Source: the human T2T-CHM13v2.0 reference genome, Homo sapiens
DNA length: 64,000 bases
Assembly (NCBI RefSeq): GCF_009914755.1
Contig: NC_060935.1
Direction: 5' to 3' (one strand)
This document shows, one piece after another, positions 15,520 to 44,169 of this stretch. The first letter of the stretch is position 1. Each line of letters starts with the position of its first letter. Position numbers and translations under genes: made by a program. The notes under the pieces were generated by a model. That model was not told the DNA's origin. It did not search any database and saw only the letters and a list, made by a program, of their open reading frames with translations.

Positions 15520-15901
15520 CGGGGTCCCCAACCCCCAGGCCGTGAACCGATACCAGTCTGTGGCCTGTTAGCAACCAGGCCACACAGCACAAGGTGAGTG
15601 GCTGGCAAGCAAGTGAAACTTGGTCTCTATTTACAGCCACTCCCCATTGCTCACATTACTGCCTGAGCTCCACCTCCTGTCAGATCAGTCACGGCGTTAG
15701 ATTCTCATAGGAGCAGAACCCTACTGTGAACCACGCGTGCAAGGGATCTAGAATCTTATGCTCCTTAGGAGAATCTAACTAATGCCTAATGATCTGAGGT
15801 GGAATAGTTTCATGCCAAAACCATCACCCCCACTCCTGGTCTGTGGAAAGATTTTCTTCCATGAAACTGGTCCCTGGTGCCAAAAAGGCTGGGGACTGCT
15901 G
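15520..15901. mobile_element. MER1B-like hAT (Charlie) DNA transposon
   Basis: cggggtccccaacc ... ggctggggactgctg termini; 8-bp TSD ctgtaaat/ccataaat. Confidence 0.85.
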
Positions 15902-15996
15902 CCATAAATGACAGCAGGACCCCAGATGAATTTCTATTAAATCATCTGCTAAATACCAGAAGTAATGACCCTATCAAAATTGCAGTCTGTTCAAAA

Positions 15997-16457
15997 TGTA
16001 GCAAGACGAGCCACAGACAAAACCCCTCAGACACCAAGTTAAAGAAGGAAGGGCTTTATTCGGCCAGGAGCATCGGCAAAACTCACATCTCAAAAACCGA
16101 GCTTCCATAGTGAGCAATTCCTGTCCCTTTTAAGGGCTTACAGCTCTAAGGGGGTCCACATGAGAGGGTCGTGATCGATTGAGCAAGCAGTGGGTACATG
16201 ACTGGGGGCTGCATGCACCGGTAATCAGACAGAACAGAACAGGACAGGGATTTTCACAATGATTTTCCATACAATGTCTGAAATCTATAGATAACACAAG
16301 TAGTTAGGTCAGGGGTTGATTTTTAACTACCAGGCCCAGGGCGTGGTGCTGCGCTATCTGCCTGTGGATTCCATTTCTACCTTTTAGTTTTTACTTCTTC
16401 TTTCTTTGGAGGAAGAAATTGGGCATAAGACAATATGAGGGGTGGTCTCCTCCCTTA
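15997..16457 (-). mobile_element. LTR2 (HERV-E/Harlequin) solo LTR
   Basis: Reverse strand begins TAAGGGAGGAGACCACCCCTCATATTGTCTTATGCCCAATTTC and ends ...GCTACA; ~460 bp. Confidence 0.85.
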
Positions 16458-17284
16458 AAAACACATTACAATGCTATAGTAATTAAAACAGTGTGGTGCT
16501 GACATAAAGACAAATGCACAGACCAATGGAACAGAATAGAATGCCCAGAAATAATCCTTCATGTATATGGTCAACTGAATTTTCTTCTGTTCTTTTGCAC
16601 AAATAATTTTTGACAAGAGTGCCACAACCACACTATATGGAAAGGACAGTGTCTTCAACAAATGGTGCTGATAGAACAATATCCACCCATGAAAGTTGGA
16701 AGTTGGAACCTCACCTTACACTATATAAGATATTTTATCTCAAAATGGATTAAAGACCTAAATATAAGACCTAAAACTATAAAACTCTCAGAAGAAGAAA
16801 ACATAGGAGGAAAGTTTCATGACATTGTACATGGCAATGATTTCTTGGATATGACACCAAAGGCACAGGCAATGAAAGTGAAAATAGATACATGGGACTA
16901 CATCAAACTCAAAAACTCCTGCATACCAAAGGAAAGAACAAAGTGCAAGGCAACTTACAGAATTAAAGAAAATAATTACAAATTACACATCTAATAAAAG
17001 GTTAATATCCAGAATACATAAAGAACTCCTACAACTCAAAAACAAAAAAAAAGTAGCCCATTTAAAAAACAAGCAAAGCACCTGAACACGTATTTCTCCA
17101 AAAAAGATATACAAATACAAACAAGCATATGAATTAATGCTCATCATCACCAACCATTAAAGAAATGCAATTCAAAATTACAACAAGGTATCACCTCACA
17201 CCCATTAGGATGGCCATGGGAAGGGAAGGGATGGGAAGGGGAGGGGAGAGGAGGGGAGTGGAGGGGAGGGGAGTGGAGGGAAGG

Positions 17285-19029
<1,745 letters not shown>

Positions 19030-19874
19030 TTGCCCCCAGATTCGTAATCCTCCAATCTAATCTGCACACTGTCACCAGAATTTGTCTCCTTGATTACCAG
19101 ACTGGTCATGATGTGGCCCACCTTATATTTCCTACCTAGTTTCCCATTAGATCTCCCATCTCTATAATTATAGACACAACTCTGAAGCTACACAAGTTTT
19201 TTTCTTTGTTTTTGCTGAGCACGCCATTTTAAGCATGCTTTCATGCTTTTATTGACCATATTTCTTCTGCCTACCAAGAAGTCTTCCTCCTCCCCTTCCT
19301 CTTCTATCCAGTAAACATCCTTTAACACTCAAGTTTAACATAGCTCCATAGAGAAGACTACTATTTTCCCTCAGACAGTCTGAGAAACTCCTCCTGTGAT
19401 CCCAAATAATTCTGAGCATCCTGTTTTCTATCACTTCTCACATGGCCATGGAATTGTTTTTAGACATCTTAGCTGTTCCCACCATATGGAAATTGAAAAC
19501 AGGTAATAGTGTCCTATTTCTCTTTTTATACCTCAATCCTAGCACACTGTTAAGTACATATTAGTTGCCTGATAATGTTTATTTACTTTTAACCTATCCA
19601 TGTCTTTGAATCTAACCTGTATCTTTTGCAGACAGTATATTGTTGGATCATGCTTTTTTTTAAGCCATTCTGCCAATCTCTGTCTTTTGAGTAGAGTTTT
19701 TAATCCATTCATGTTTAATGTCATTATAATAAAGTAGGGTTTCTTTCTGACATTTTGCTATTTGTTTTCTAAAGGTTTATGTCTTTTTTCTTTTTCCATT
19801 TTCCATTATTGCCTTTTTTGTGCTAAATAGATTTTCTAGTGTACCATCTTAATTCCCTGAGCTTTATGTTCAGT

Positions 19875-22599
<2,725 letters not shown>

Positions 22600-22605
22600 C
22601 AGAGG

Positions 22606-29775
<7,170 letters not shown>

Positions 29776-30223
29776 CCAGCCCCACAGAATTTTTCAAAGC
29801 CCCTATGGACATCTCACTTGCTAGATTTTCCTTTTAAGTTTTTTTTTAGCCAGCTTCTTGTTTGCCCCAACTGATATAACCATTTCAGGCCACGGCTGCT
29901 AGGCTGCTGCTTTTCACAGATACTGTGGTTTCAAGATTGCTGGGTTTCAAGACTACCATGGAGCTGGGGAGGGGGGAATTGACATAGGGCAAGTTAAACA
30001 CTACAAATCTCACTGTCTGAGATTTCACCATTTTTCTTCAATAAGCACTCCTCAGATTGTTAAATGTCTTTGGTTTTTTCTAGAGTTCTGAAAAACTAGA
30101 GAATGTCTGCCAGTGATCTTATTGCTTTTATGGAGAAATAAGTTTTTGGAAGTCCTTACTCTGTCATTCTGAAAGTGCTTCCCAATAAATGTTTATTTAA
30201 TTATGAGGAATTACACTACATGG

Positions 30224-30562
30224 AGGCTTCACTTACAGTCTCATAACACACACACACACACACACACACACCAGAAAACAAGATTTACAAAGGAAGCAAA
30301 ATTGCAGTTCCAATCCAAAATTGTCCAAGTCCTAATTTATAAGTTTCTTTTTAATATTTACTTAATTTACTTCTATTAGGCTGTCTTAATTATTTATGCC
30401 ATTTATTAAAATCCCACCACTACAGATCGTTAGTTACAGACCTTAGCTAAAAACATAGGAAGAATGCCCAATTTCACACATCCAAATGACCCTTTATATT
30501 TCCAAAGGCCTTGTCAAATATTTTGGTCAATGACCCAAAGAAATGTAAACTAAAAGTAACAG
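30224..30562 (+). pseudogene. Fossil exon segment, DCX-like
   Basis: One frame from 30271: PENKIYKGSKIAVP...LVTDLS*KHRKNAQFHTSK*PFIFP...KLKVT, ending at ag|gtattt. Confidence 0.4.
30247..30271. repeat. (CA)n microsatellite
   Basis: ~12 CA units. Confidence 0.95.
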
Positions 30563-30839
30563 GTATTTAAATACCACAAAAATGCTAATATGAATTACTT
30601 TGAAAAAATATATATATATTTATTTAAATGGTTAAGTGAATTTCAGTATATTTATGTGATAAAAGAATGCCTAGCCTATAAAAATGTTTTATTAAAAAGT
30701 TTGTAATATGTTCTAGCATTAAGCAAAAAATGTAAATGCAAAATTTTATATCCAGTATGACCTCAATTGCATAACACATCATTTAAAAGAATTTTTTAAT
30801 GCCTTAAATGTTAATAATGCTTATTTCTAAATATTCTAA

Positions 30840-31152
<313 letters not shown>

Positions 31153-31836
31153 TCTGAAATTTTTCATTATACATTTCTTTCATTTCAAATGTTCTACAAT
31201 ATGCAGTTATTTCTATATTAAGCAATAAAAAAGTAAACTCTTAAAATTTGCTTAAAACACAACTCCTTTCCTTTCCCAACTTTCAATCATAATGCTGGCT
31301 GACCACGGAGAGCTGGAGAAACAGTTATCTACCAAGTTACCATTTGTTAATGGCAGAGCCAGGACTAGAAACAGTCCTCTTACCTACAAGTCCTCATACG
31401 TCTCTGGCTGGAGCGAGCAGGTTCTTCTGTCTGTGCCCATTGGTGTTTTCAGGTTGCTGGCTTCTTCAGCTTTGTCTGGATATATAAGGTAAAAGAAAAC
31501 TTATCACCACGTCATTCTCGGGTCCCAAGGCCTGTCTTGGGTCTTGAGGCTGTGCCTCGGTCTGTCTTCTCTTCTCCATCCTTCAGAGTCCAGGTATGTT
31601 TGTTTTATAGATAGTAACTAGGGTTTTTAGTTGTACTTAGTAGAAGGAATGGGGAAATGTATTTCTATTACATCTTCCTAGAAGCAGAAGTCTGTACCTA
31701 ATTTTGAATTTGTACTTTTATCAAAACTGCTACCACTGTCATTGTCATTGTTTTCATAGTCCTCTCTTGCCCCTCCCCCCTCTTCCCCTCTTTTTTTTTC
31801 TCCCTTCCCTTCCTTATTTTTGTTTTTCTGTTTTTT

Positions 31837-31931
31837 AAAAGCCAGTCAAATTTAGCAGTGGGGGGCTATAAACCAATTTTAGTAACATTAATGTTAATAA
31901 ATTCTGATAATCCACTCCCATCAGACCAACC
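31837..31931 (-). pseudogene. Y4 RNA retropseudogene (RNY4-like)
   Basis: Reverse complement GGTTGGTCTGATGGGAGTGGATTATCAGAATTTATTAACATTAATGTTACTAAAATTGGTTTATAGCCCCCCACTGCTAAATTTGACTGGCTTTT matches full-length hY4 with ~10 changes; followed by an A-rich tail. Confidence 0.92.
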
Positions 31932-32099
31932 TTTCTTCTTTTTTCAAAGATGGCCCACAAATTTGTAGTAAGTTTCAGGCTCCACAGAACCTGAATCCAC
32001 CTCTGGTATCTGGCACATTATAAGACCTCAATAAATATGTTTTGAATGCATAAATGATTAGACTCCATATAAGGAACTCATGAAATTATAGTAATAGAT

Positions 32100-33330
32100 G
32101 GTGAATCCTAGAAAAAAATGGTTCCCTTGAAACACTGAAAAATTACAAGGAACAAAAATCTAATTTGAAACACCTCACAAGCAGTGAAGATAACCAGGTA
32201 TCTGCAGTATCTTGATATTTTGGGTAATGCCTTTAGGCTTTGGTGGAAAAAAAACACAAAAAAACAAAAAGAATTTCCAGGAAAAAAAAAAACAGCTAAA
32301 TGGTGACGCATTAAGGATGCTGCTTAAGGGTTCTGAGGTGTAGTTATTACCACTGCAAGATTTCACCTTTCCTCTAAACCCTCATGTAAGTCTCACTGAT
32401 CATCTATTCCAGCAGCCCCCAATCTACCTGCATACTGAAATCACTTAGAGAGCTTATTCCTAAGTGCAGAAGAGATGGAAAACTTTTGAACACATGCCTA
32501 CCAGGAATTATTGGAAGTATATACCTCAGGATTTTCAAGCACCAATTTATAACTGGCCCCTGCCAAACTACAAGTGAAAAGGCCAAATGAACTTAATAAA
32601 CAAAGGGGAAAAAATCTGCATCAATAAAGAGGATGTCAACCAAATGCTCCACATTTTAAAATGTCTGCTAAACAGAGTATTGAATCACACCAGAGTGAAA
32701 AAAGACACCAGATCTGATGTTTAACTTCTCTTGCAAAGAAAGCAGGATATTTGTATGGGAAGTAAATATAGATTTGACAGAATCTAACTATCAACCCCTA
32801 ACTTAGAGGAATAATGAGAGGCAGAAAGGATAGGTCACACGACTTTAGGGGGCAGTCCAACTGACACACCCTCTCCAAACTCAAAAGGCCTTTGAAAGTC
32901 ACAGGAGTTGGAAGGCCTGAGTCTAAGCATGCCCACATCAAACACCAGCCAACAGGTGAAAGGGTGTTTCCTCACCCAGGAGGAAATTACAACAGGAAAG
33001 ACAATGAAAACACCATATATATATGAGTGAAAGCTAGACCACATGAAAAGCTGGAAAGCTGATCCTGATACAGAGATTTTACCAAACATAAGAAAGAAAC
33101 TCTGAGGACGTTAGACTGTAGACCTGGTCATGTAAATTTATGCCAATGTGCTCTCTGGCCAAAGATCTGAGAGAAGGTACTCAACAACACAACAATGTAT
33201 AATGTGGGGACCCAAGGAGGATCTCTTTCTCCTATTTTTAAGCAAAATTAGACTTGTATAGACCTCTCCTCTTTCAAGAAAGAAAGAAAAAAAAAACTCA
33301 AAATGGAACTTGTGGGACAATTCTGCAATG
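32100..33330 (+). pseudogene. Possible fossil large linker exon (disordered, S/T/E/K-rich)
   Basis: 1.2 kb unique purine-rich island between L2 fragments; frame 32818-33102 has 95 codons with two TGA stops; ends near caat|gtaaga. Confidence 0.3.
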
Positions 33331-33369
33331 TAAGAAATCCTGGTAGCAAAGGGAAAATCATCTGCTTTT

Positions 33370-35945
<2,576 letters not shown>

Positions 35946-36005
35946 TCAATATCTGAAATTTTTTAAAATTTTTGTAGCTTTAAATATTCAGTAGTAATTT
36001 TTCAG

Positions 36006-36551
36006 ACTTTACATGTTAGCTCAAAAGAAAAATAAAGCTATATCTATTTTGTAAGGTGAAAAGCAGAAACTCCATTTGTAAAAGAGAAAATAATTGATCT
36101 AAGCCAAATTCTGGGGGCCTCAATAAAATTACAATTGTCATAGTTTATTTATTAGTTTACCAGCTCAAAATGTCACAGAACTTTACTGTAGACATTATGT
36201 TGTAAATATTGGTCATCATATCTATTAGTTTGTAATTAATTGAAGCTTGTATAAAACAAAAGAGTAAAACAGACCTTTAATGTACCCCATGAGAAGGGTC
36301 ATTATTCATTTATGACTTATACAAAGGTAAAAGGGGGTGGACCACGGATAACTGGAATACTTGTGCAAAATACCTATGGTGAATATGATTTATTCTAATT
36401 CTTCCATAGCACCCATAGATTCAAACAAATAAGAAAACTTTTAAAGTCTTGTATTCGAAATTATATGAGGGGTAATTCATTATTAAGACTAATTTATTCT
36501 TCAGTCTTCTATGATTTAAATATACATGTACAAGTAAACATGTACAGAAAT
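36006..36551 (+). pseudogene. Fossil exon segment, DCX-like
   Basis: tttttcag| acceptor at 36005; 36255-36551 is 99 codons with one stop; HRFKQIRKLLKSCIRNYMRGNSLLRLIYS resembles DCX [32 protein letters not shown]. Confidence 0.55.
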
Positions 36552-36927
36552 TAACACTAAAGATTTTATGCTTCTTTCTGAAGAAAACTTAGGATATACC
36601 ATTATATCAAATAAATATATAGTATACAGAAAATTGTATATTTGAAATTTTTTAAATTGAAACTTACTGTATCTAAAATAAATACTTTATTTATTCAGGC
36701 ATTCACAAAAATTATTGCGAGCCAATTATGAACCAGATTCTGAACTAATAACTACTAAGGATATAGCAGTGACGAGAAAAGATAAAAATCTCTCCTGTCT
36801 TGGGATTTACATTCTGTGAAAAAAATCCTTATTAGGTAAAAGGAAACTTTATGAGGTGTTAAGAAGAATATCCCTCAAAATGTGCTTCTTTGAAATTCTG
36901 TATTGTAATCATCTGCAGTGTATGTTA

Positions 36928-37849
<922 letters not shown>

Positions 37850-38023
37850 TTATCACAACGGAAGAGAAAACAACAGAGATTCTCAGGGTTTCTACCCCAG
37901 AAGTAGTAAATCAGAACACAGTGTGGGGGACAGAAAGCTACATTTTTAATGGCTTCTATACACACTATCATTAGAAAACTTTCTCTTTGAATGTGTTTTT
38001 GAGTATTTCTAAAGTCTTCATAG

Positions 38024-38765
38024 ACCCAGGGTCTTTGAGTGCATCTAAAAGGCCATCATAAGGACATCCAAATCTAAATTATATCTTCCAAATTATGAGC
38101 AGATGGATGTAAACCTGTTGAAATGCAGTCATTTGAACAAATGTGTACCAAATAATGCAAACTATCTCTGAGAAAAATCTTCTTTCTTAAGGGACAGAAG
38201 AGAATATTTTCAGTGTGGTGTATATTTAATATTGAAAGCCTGGGCAACAAAGTGAGATCTCTTTTCTGCAAAAAATTTTTGAAAATTTAGCCGGGCATGG
38301 TGGTGCACTACTACAGGCGTGACTATAGCTACTCGGGTGGCTGAGGTGGGATGATCACTTGAGCTGCAGCCGGGGAGGTTAAGGCTGCAGTGAGCTGTGT
38401 TCACACCACTGCACTCCAACCTGAGTGACAGAGCAAGACCTTGTCTCAATAAAAAAAAAAAAAAGTAAAGATATAAAAATAAAAAAGTCAGCCTCAAGGC
38501 TAGTATCAAGGCTACCTTTGCCCTTCCAAATACATCCATCATGTAATGTACTATTGCTCAAAATTTATTTGATGGAGGAAAATCTTGCTATGTATCATCC
38601 TTTCTAGAAAACAGGTTTTATTCCCTTCTGTTTTCAGTGCCCAGTTGCCCTACCATTTGGCACCAAAATTGGGAGTGTATATGAGAGGGGCAAGTTTCCT
38701 AAACTCAAATAGTCTACTACTATGGCAATTTTTGGTAGGTTGAGCCTTGATTAGGGTATAAGCCT
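38024..38765 (+). pseudogene. Fossil exon segment, DCX-like, split by an Alu (38237-38486)
   Basis: cttcatag| then TQGL*VHLKG...MQSFEQMCTK*CKLSLRKIFFLKGQKRIFSV; after the Alu: LVSRLPLPFQI...CPVALPFGTKIGSVYERG. Confidence 0.5.
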
Positions 38766-39147
38766 AAATTTTTTTTTTGTTTTGTTTCTGTTTTTTTTTT
38801 TTGTTTTTTTTTTTTTTTTGAGACACGGTCTTGCTCTGTTGCCCAGGCTGGAGTGCAGTGGCATGACCTTGGCTCACTGCAACCTCTGCCTCCTGGGTTC
38901 AAGCAATTCTCCCTGCCTCAGCCTCCTGAACAGCTGGGATTACAGGCGCCCACCACACACTTGGCTAATTTTTGCATTTTTTAGTAGAGACGGGGTTTTG
39001 CCATGTTGGCCAGGCTGGTCTTGAACTCCTGACCTCAGGTGATCCACCCACCTCAGCCTCCCAAAGTGTCGGGATTACAGGCATGAATCACTGCACCTGG
39101 CCTGAGCCTGAAATTTGAGTCAGCAAAAATATGAGATGGAAATTTAA

Positions 39148-39505
39148 AGATTACAACTTGGATGTTTTAACAGTGAAAGGATGATATTATATTGCCATCT
39201 TAATAACAAAGTTAAAAAAACTATGGAAGAGTTTTTACTCATCACTGTTTTACAGTGCCACAGAAACAGGAAGTGGGTTGGTGGTTTTTTAAACATTTTT
39301 TTGGGTGAATTTTGGATTGCACCAGAACAGACTAGTGAATCATAAACTTTCTGCTCTGTTTCCTACCTCTTGATAGGTTTAGACAAGTTTGATCTTAGAC
39401 AAGCTTAGATCAAGTGAAGTTTTTCCCATATGCTAAACATATACTGACTTGACACACTTGTTGGTGAAATAATCAATAAAAGTGGTTTTAAAGCACTCTG
39501 TAAGT
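39148..39505 (+). pseudogene. Fossil exon segment, DCX-like
   Basis: 65 open codons RLQLGCFNSERMILYCHLNNKVKKTMEEFLLIT..., then in the same frame SYLLIGLDKF...LDTLVGEIINKSGFKAL; |gtaagt at 39500. Confidence 0.45.
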
Positions 39506-40045
39506 GAAAATAAAAAATACTATGCAAAGATTACAGCTTGGGTGTATGCTGCTGGTAGTTTTATGGCACTGAAAACAAAAAAGGCCAAAGTCTTTGCAGC
39601 TGTGCACTGATTAATCAGAAAGGGATGAAAGAAATTTCCTTTCACGTCATAAACTGTGTGATTGTGATACTTGTTAGTTATGAAAGGGTTTTTGTTTTTG
39701 TTTTTGTTTTTGTTTTGAGACAGGGTCTCATTCTGTCACGCAGGCTGGAGTGCAGTGGCACGATCTTGACTTACTGCAACCTTTACCTCCCTGGGCTCAA
39801 GCGATCCTCCCACATCAGCCTCCAAAGTAGTTGGAACTACAGGCGCACACCACCATGCCCTGCTAATTTTTTGTATTTTTTTGTAGAGATGGGGTTTCGC
39901 CATGTTACCCAGGCTGGTCTCAAACTCCTGGATTCAAGCAATCCACCTGCTTCAACTTCGCAAAGTGCCGGGATTATAGGCATGAGCCACCACCCAGGTG
40001 GGATTTTTAAAAGAACTTTTTCTATTAGAAGTTACTAAACTTTAA

Positions 40046-40369
<324 letters not shown>

Positions 40370-40530
40370 TAGTAGAGACGAGGTTTCTCCATGTTGGTCA
40401 GGCTGGTCTCGAACTCCTGACCTCAGGTGATCTGCTAGCCTTGGCCTCCCAAAGTGCTGGGATTACAAGCATGAGCCACCACACCCGGCAATTTTCCAAT
40501 TTTCTTAGGCAATTAAGATATGTGTGTGCT

Positions 40531-41223
40531 CCCGTTAGAATGGCGATCATTAAAAAGTCAGGAAACAACAGATGCTGGAGAGGATGTGGAGAAACAGGAA
40601 CACTTTTACACTGTTGGTGGGACTGTAAACTAGTTCAACCATTGTGGAAGACAGTGTGGCAATTCCTCAAGGATCTAGAACTAGAAATACCATTTGACCC
40701 AGCCATTCCATTACTGAGTATATACCCAAAGGATTATAAATCATGCTGCTATAAAGACACATGCACACGTATGTTCACTGCAGCACTATTCACAATAGCA
40801 AAGATTTGGAACCAACCCAAATATCCATCAATGATAGAATGGATTAAGAAAATGTGGCACATATACACCATGGAATACTATGCAGCCATAAAAAAAGGAT
40901 GAGTTCATGTCCTTTGTAGGGACATGGATGAAGCTGGAAACCATCATTCTCAGCAAACTATCGCAAGGACAAAAAACCAAACACCACAGGTTCTCACTCA
41001 TAGGTGGGAATTGAACAATGAGAACACTTGGACACAGGAAGGGGAACATCACACACTGGGGCCTGTCGTGGGATCGGTGGAGCAGGGAGGGATAGCATTA
41101 GGAGATATACCTAATGTAAATGACGAGTTAATGAGTGCAGCACACCAACATGGCACATGTATACATATGTAACAAACCAGCATGTTGTGCACATGTACCC
41201 TAGAACTTAAATTATAATAAAAA
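40531..41223 (+). mobile_element. 5'-truncated L1PA 3' end
   Basis: ORF2 C-terminus [17 protein letters not shown]...IYTMEYYAAIKK; perfect 16-bp TSD aagatatgtgtgtgct (40515-40530, 41224-41239). Confidence 0.95.
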
Positions 41224-41600
41224 AAGATATGTGTGTGCTGTAATAATCAGAGAGTATCAATACAAGCAGGAGATGAATAGTAATGCATTTGATAAGTGCC
41301 ACAGGTGCTCAGAGAAAAAAAACACACCCGGGTAACCTGGAAAAATCTGTCCAGGGAAGAAAGTGGGAAAAGGGATAGGCATTTCCTATCCCATGGTTGT
41401 AGAAAGTATCTGAGTAGAGATGAACATTTCAGCATTCCAGAAGAGGTAAACAATTATTGCATAACCTGGTGAAAAACTCTCTGAAATGTTATATAAAGTA
41501 TCAAAATGGTCACTGAGGTCACCAAGCTTTTTCAAATATTAGTGTTTTTCAAGATTTGTCTTCTGAGACAGATGAGCTTTTCCCCCCTCCCATGCAGTGA

Positions 41601-43229
<1,629 letters not shown>

Positions 43230-43238
<9 letters not shown>

Positions 43239-43960
43239 TGGTCCCGAGTTAATCTACGGCAGGCCGCGGTTCGAATCCCGCTGGTGTGAGCCGCGGGCCG
43301 CGTAGTGCCGGCCCAGGGAACCGCTTTGTCCCCGACCACCGCTCGCGTGGCATCGCGCCCGAGGAAACTTGGATCGCTGGCGCCGCGGGCTACGTTCAGT
43401 GGTTGCCAGAGAGACACGTGACCGGCAGCGGGGGCGGGGCCTGCAGGGAGCCACGCCCCGCACAGTTAACAGACGGGCGCTCAGGGAGCTAGGGAGCTGT
43501 GAAGCTGCTGGAGGAGTTGGCGTCCGGGGAGCAAGGGCCATGGCCACCGTGCAGGAGAAGGCTGCTGCGCTGAACCTCTCGGCTCTCCACAGCCCCGCGC
43601 ACAGGCCTCCGGGTAGGTGCCGAGGACTGCCGCCTGGGATGGCGCGGGGCGGGCTGGGGTGCGCGGGCTGGGTCCCGGCGCGGGGCGGGCGGCGTGGGGC
43701 GTTCGGCCGCCTGCGCCTGTCAACGGCCGGCTGGGCGAGCACAGCACAGCTGCGACCACTTGGCCAACGCCCCCGCCGAGCGGGCGGATCGAGTTCCTCT
43801 CTGGCTGGTGGGCTGCAAGCGGCAGAGCCCGCCCGCACAGCCCAGCTTTTTTCTTTCTACCCAGACTCTCAACTTGACCGCGCGTTGGTCTGTGCGCCCG
43901 CTAACGTGCCAGGCACGCGCCGGGGAGCTCCGGGATATGCTCCGCGGTGCTACCGGTGAC
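43230..43960. promoter_or_regulatory. DEPDC7: DEPDC7 CpG-island promoter
   Basis: Dense CpG/GC; E-box CACGTGAC 43415-43422; GC box GGGGCGGGGC 43431-43440; KLF/SP site CCACGCCCC 43451-43459; X-box-like GTTGCCAGAGAGAC 43402-43415; no TATA. Confidence 0.9.
43540..43612 (+). CDS. DEPDC7: DEPDC7 exon 1 CDS (MATVQEKAAALNLSALHSPAHRPP)
   Basis: Strong Kozak gggccATGG; 73 nt; |gtaggt donor, phase 1. Confidence 0.95.
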
Positions 43961-44123
43961 AAGTGTGGTATCTGGAATTTGTGTAGTTCTTTGCCCCCTG
44001 TCTCAACCACAAACCTTGACGACACAGTATGGCCAGGGGCCGAGCTCCTCCCTTGCCCACTTTGTTCTCCAGACTGCTAGGAGTCAAGAGTCAGCTTGTC
44101 TCCCCAGACTCTTCCTGGGAGGG

Positions 44124-44169
44124 ATGAGAGGTTTATGTGAGTTCTACTGGCAGGAATTTGGCATAAAAG
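44124..44169 (+). CDS. DEPDC7: DEPDC7 alternative first coding exon (MRGLCEFYWQEFGIK), giving a 502-aa isoform
   Basis: gggATGa...AAAG|gtattt; phase 1, compatible with exon 2; matches my recollection of isoform 2. Confidence 0.7.

Noticed and set aside
32108-33320. Cluster of minus-strand ORFs
   Set aside because: Phe/Leu-rich by-product of + strand purine skew
43254-44080. 194-196-aa ORFs on both strands
   Set aside because: Stop-poor CpG island; only 43540-43612 is supported by splicing
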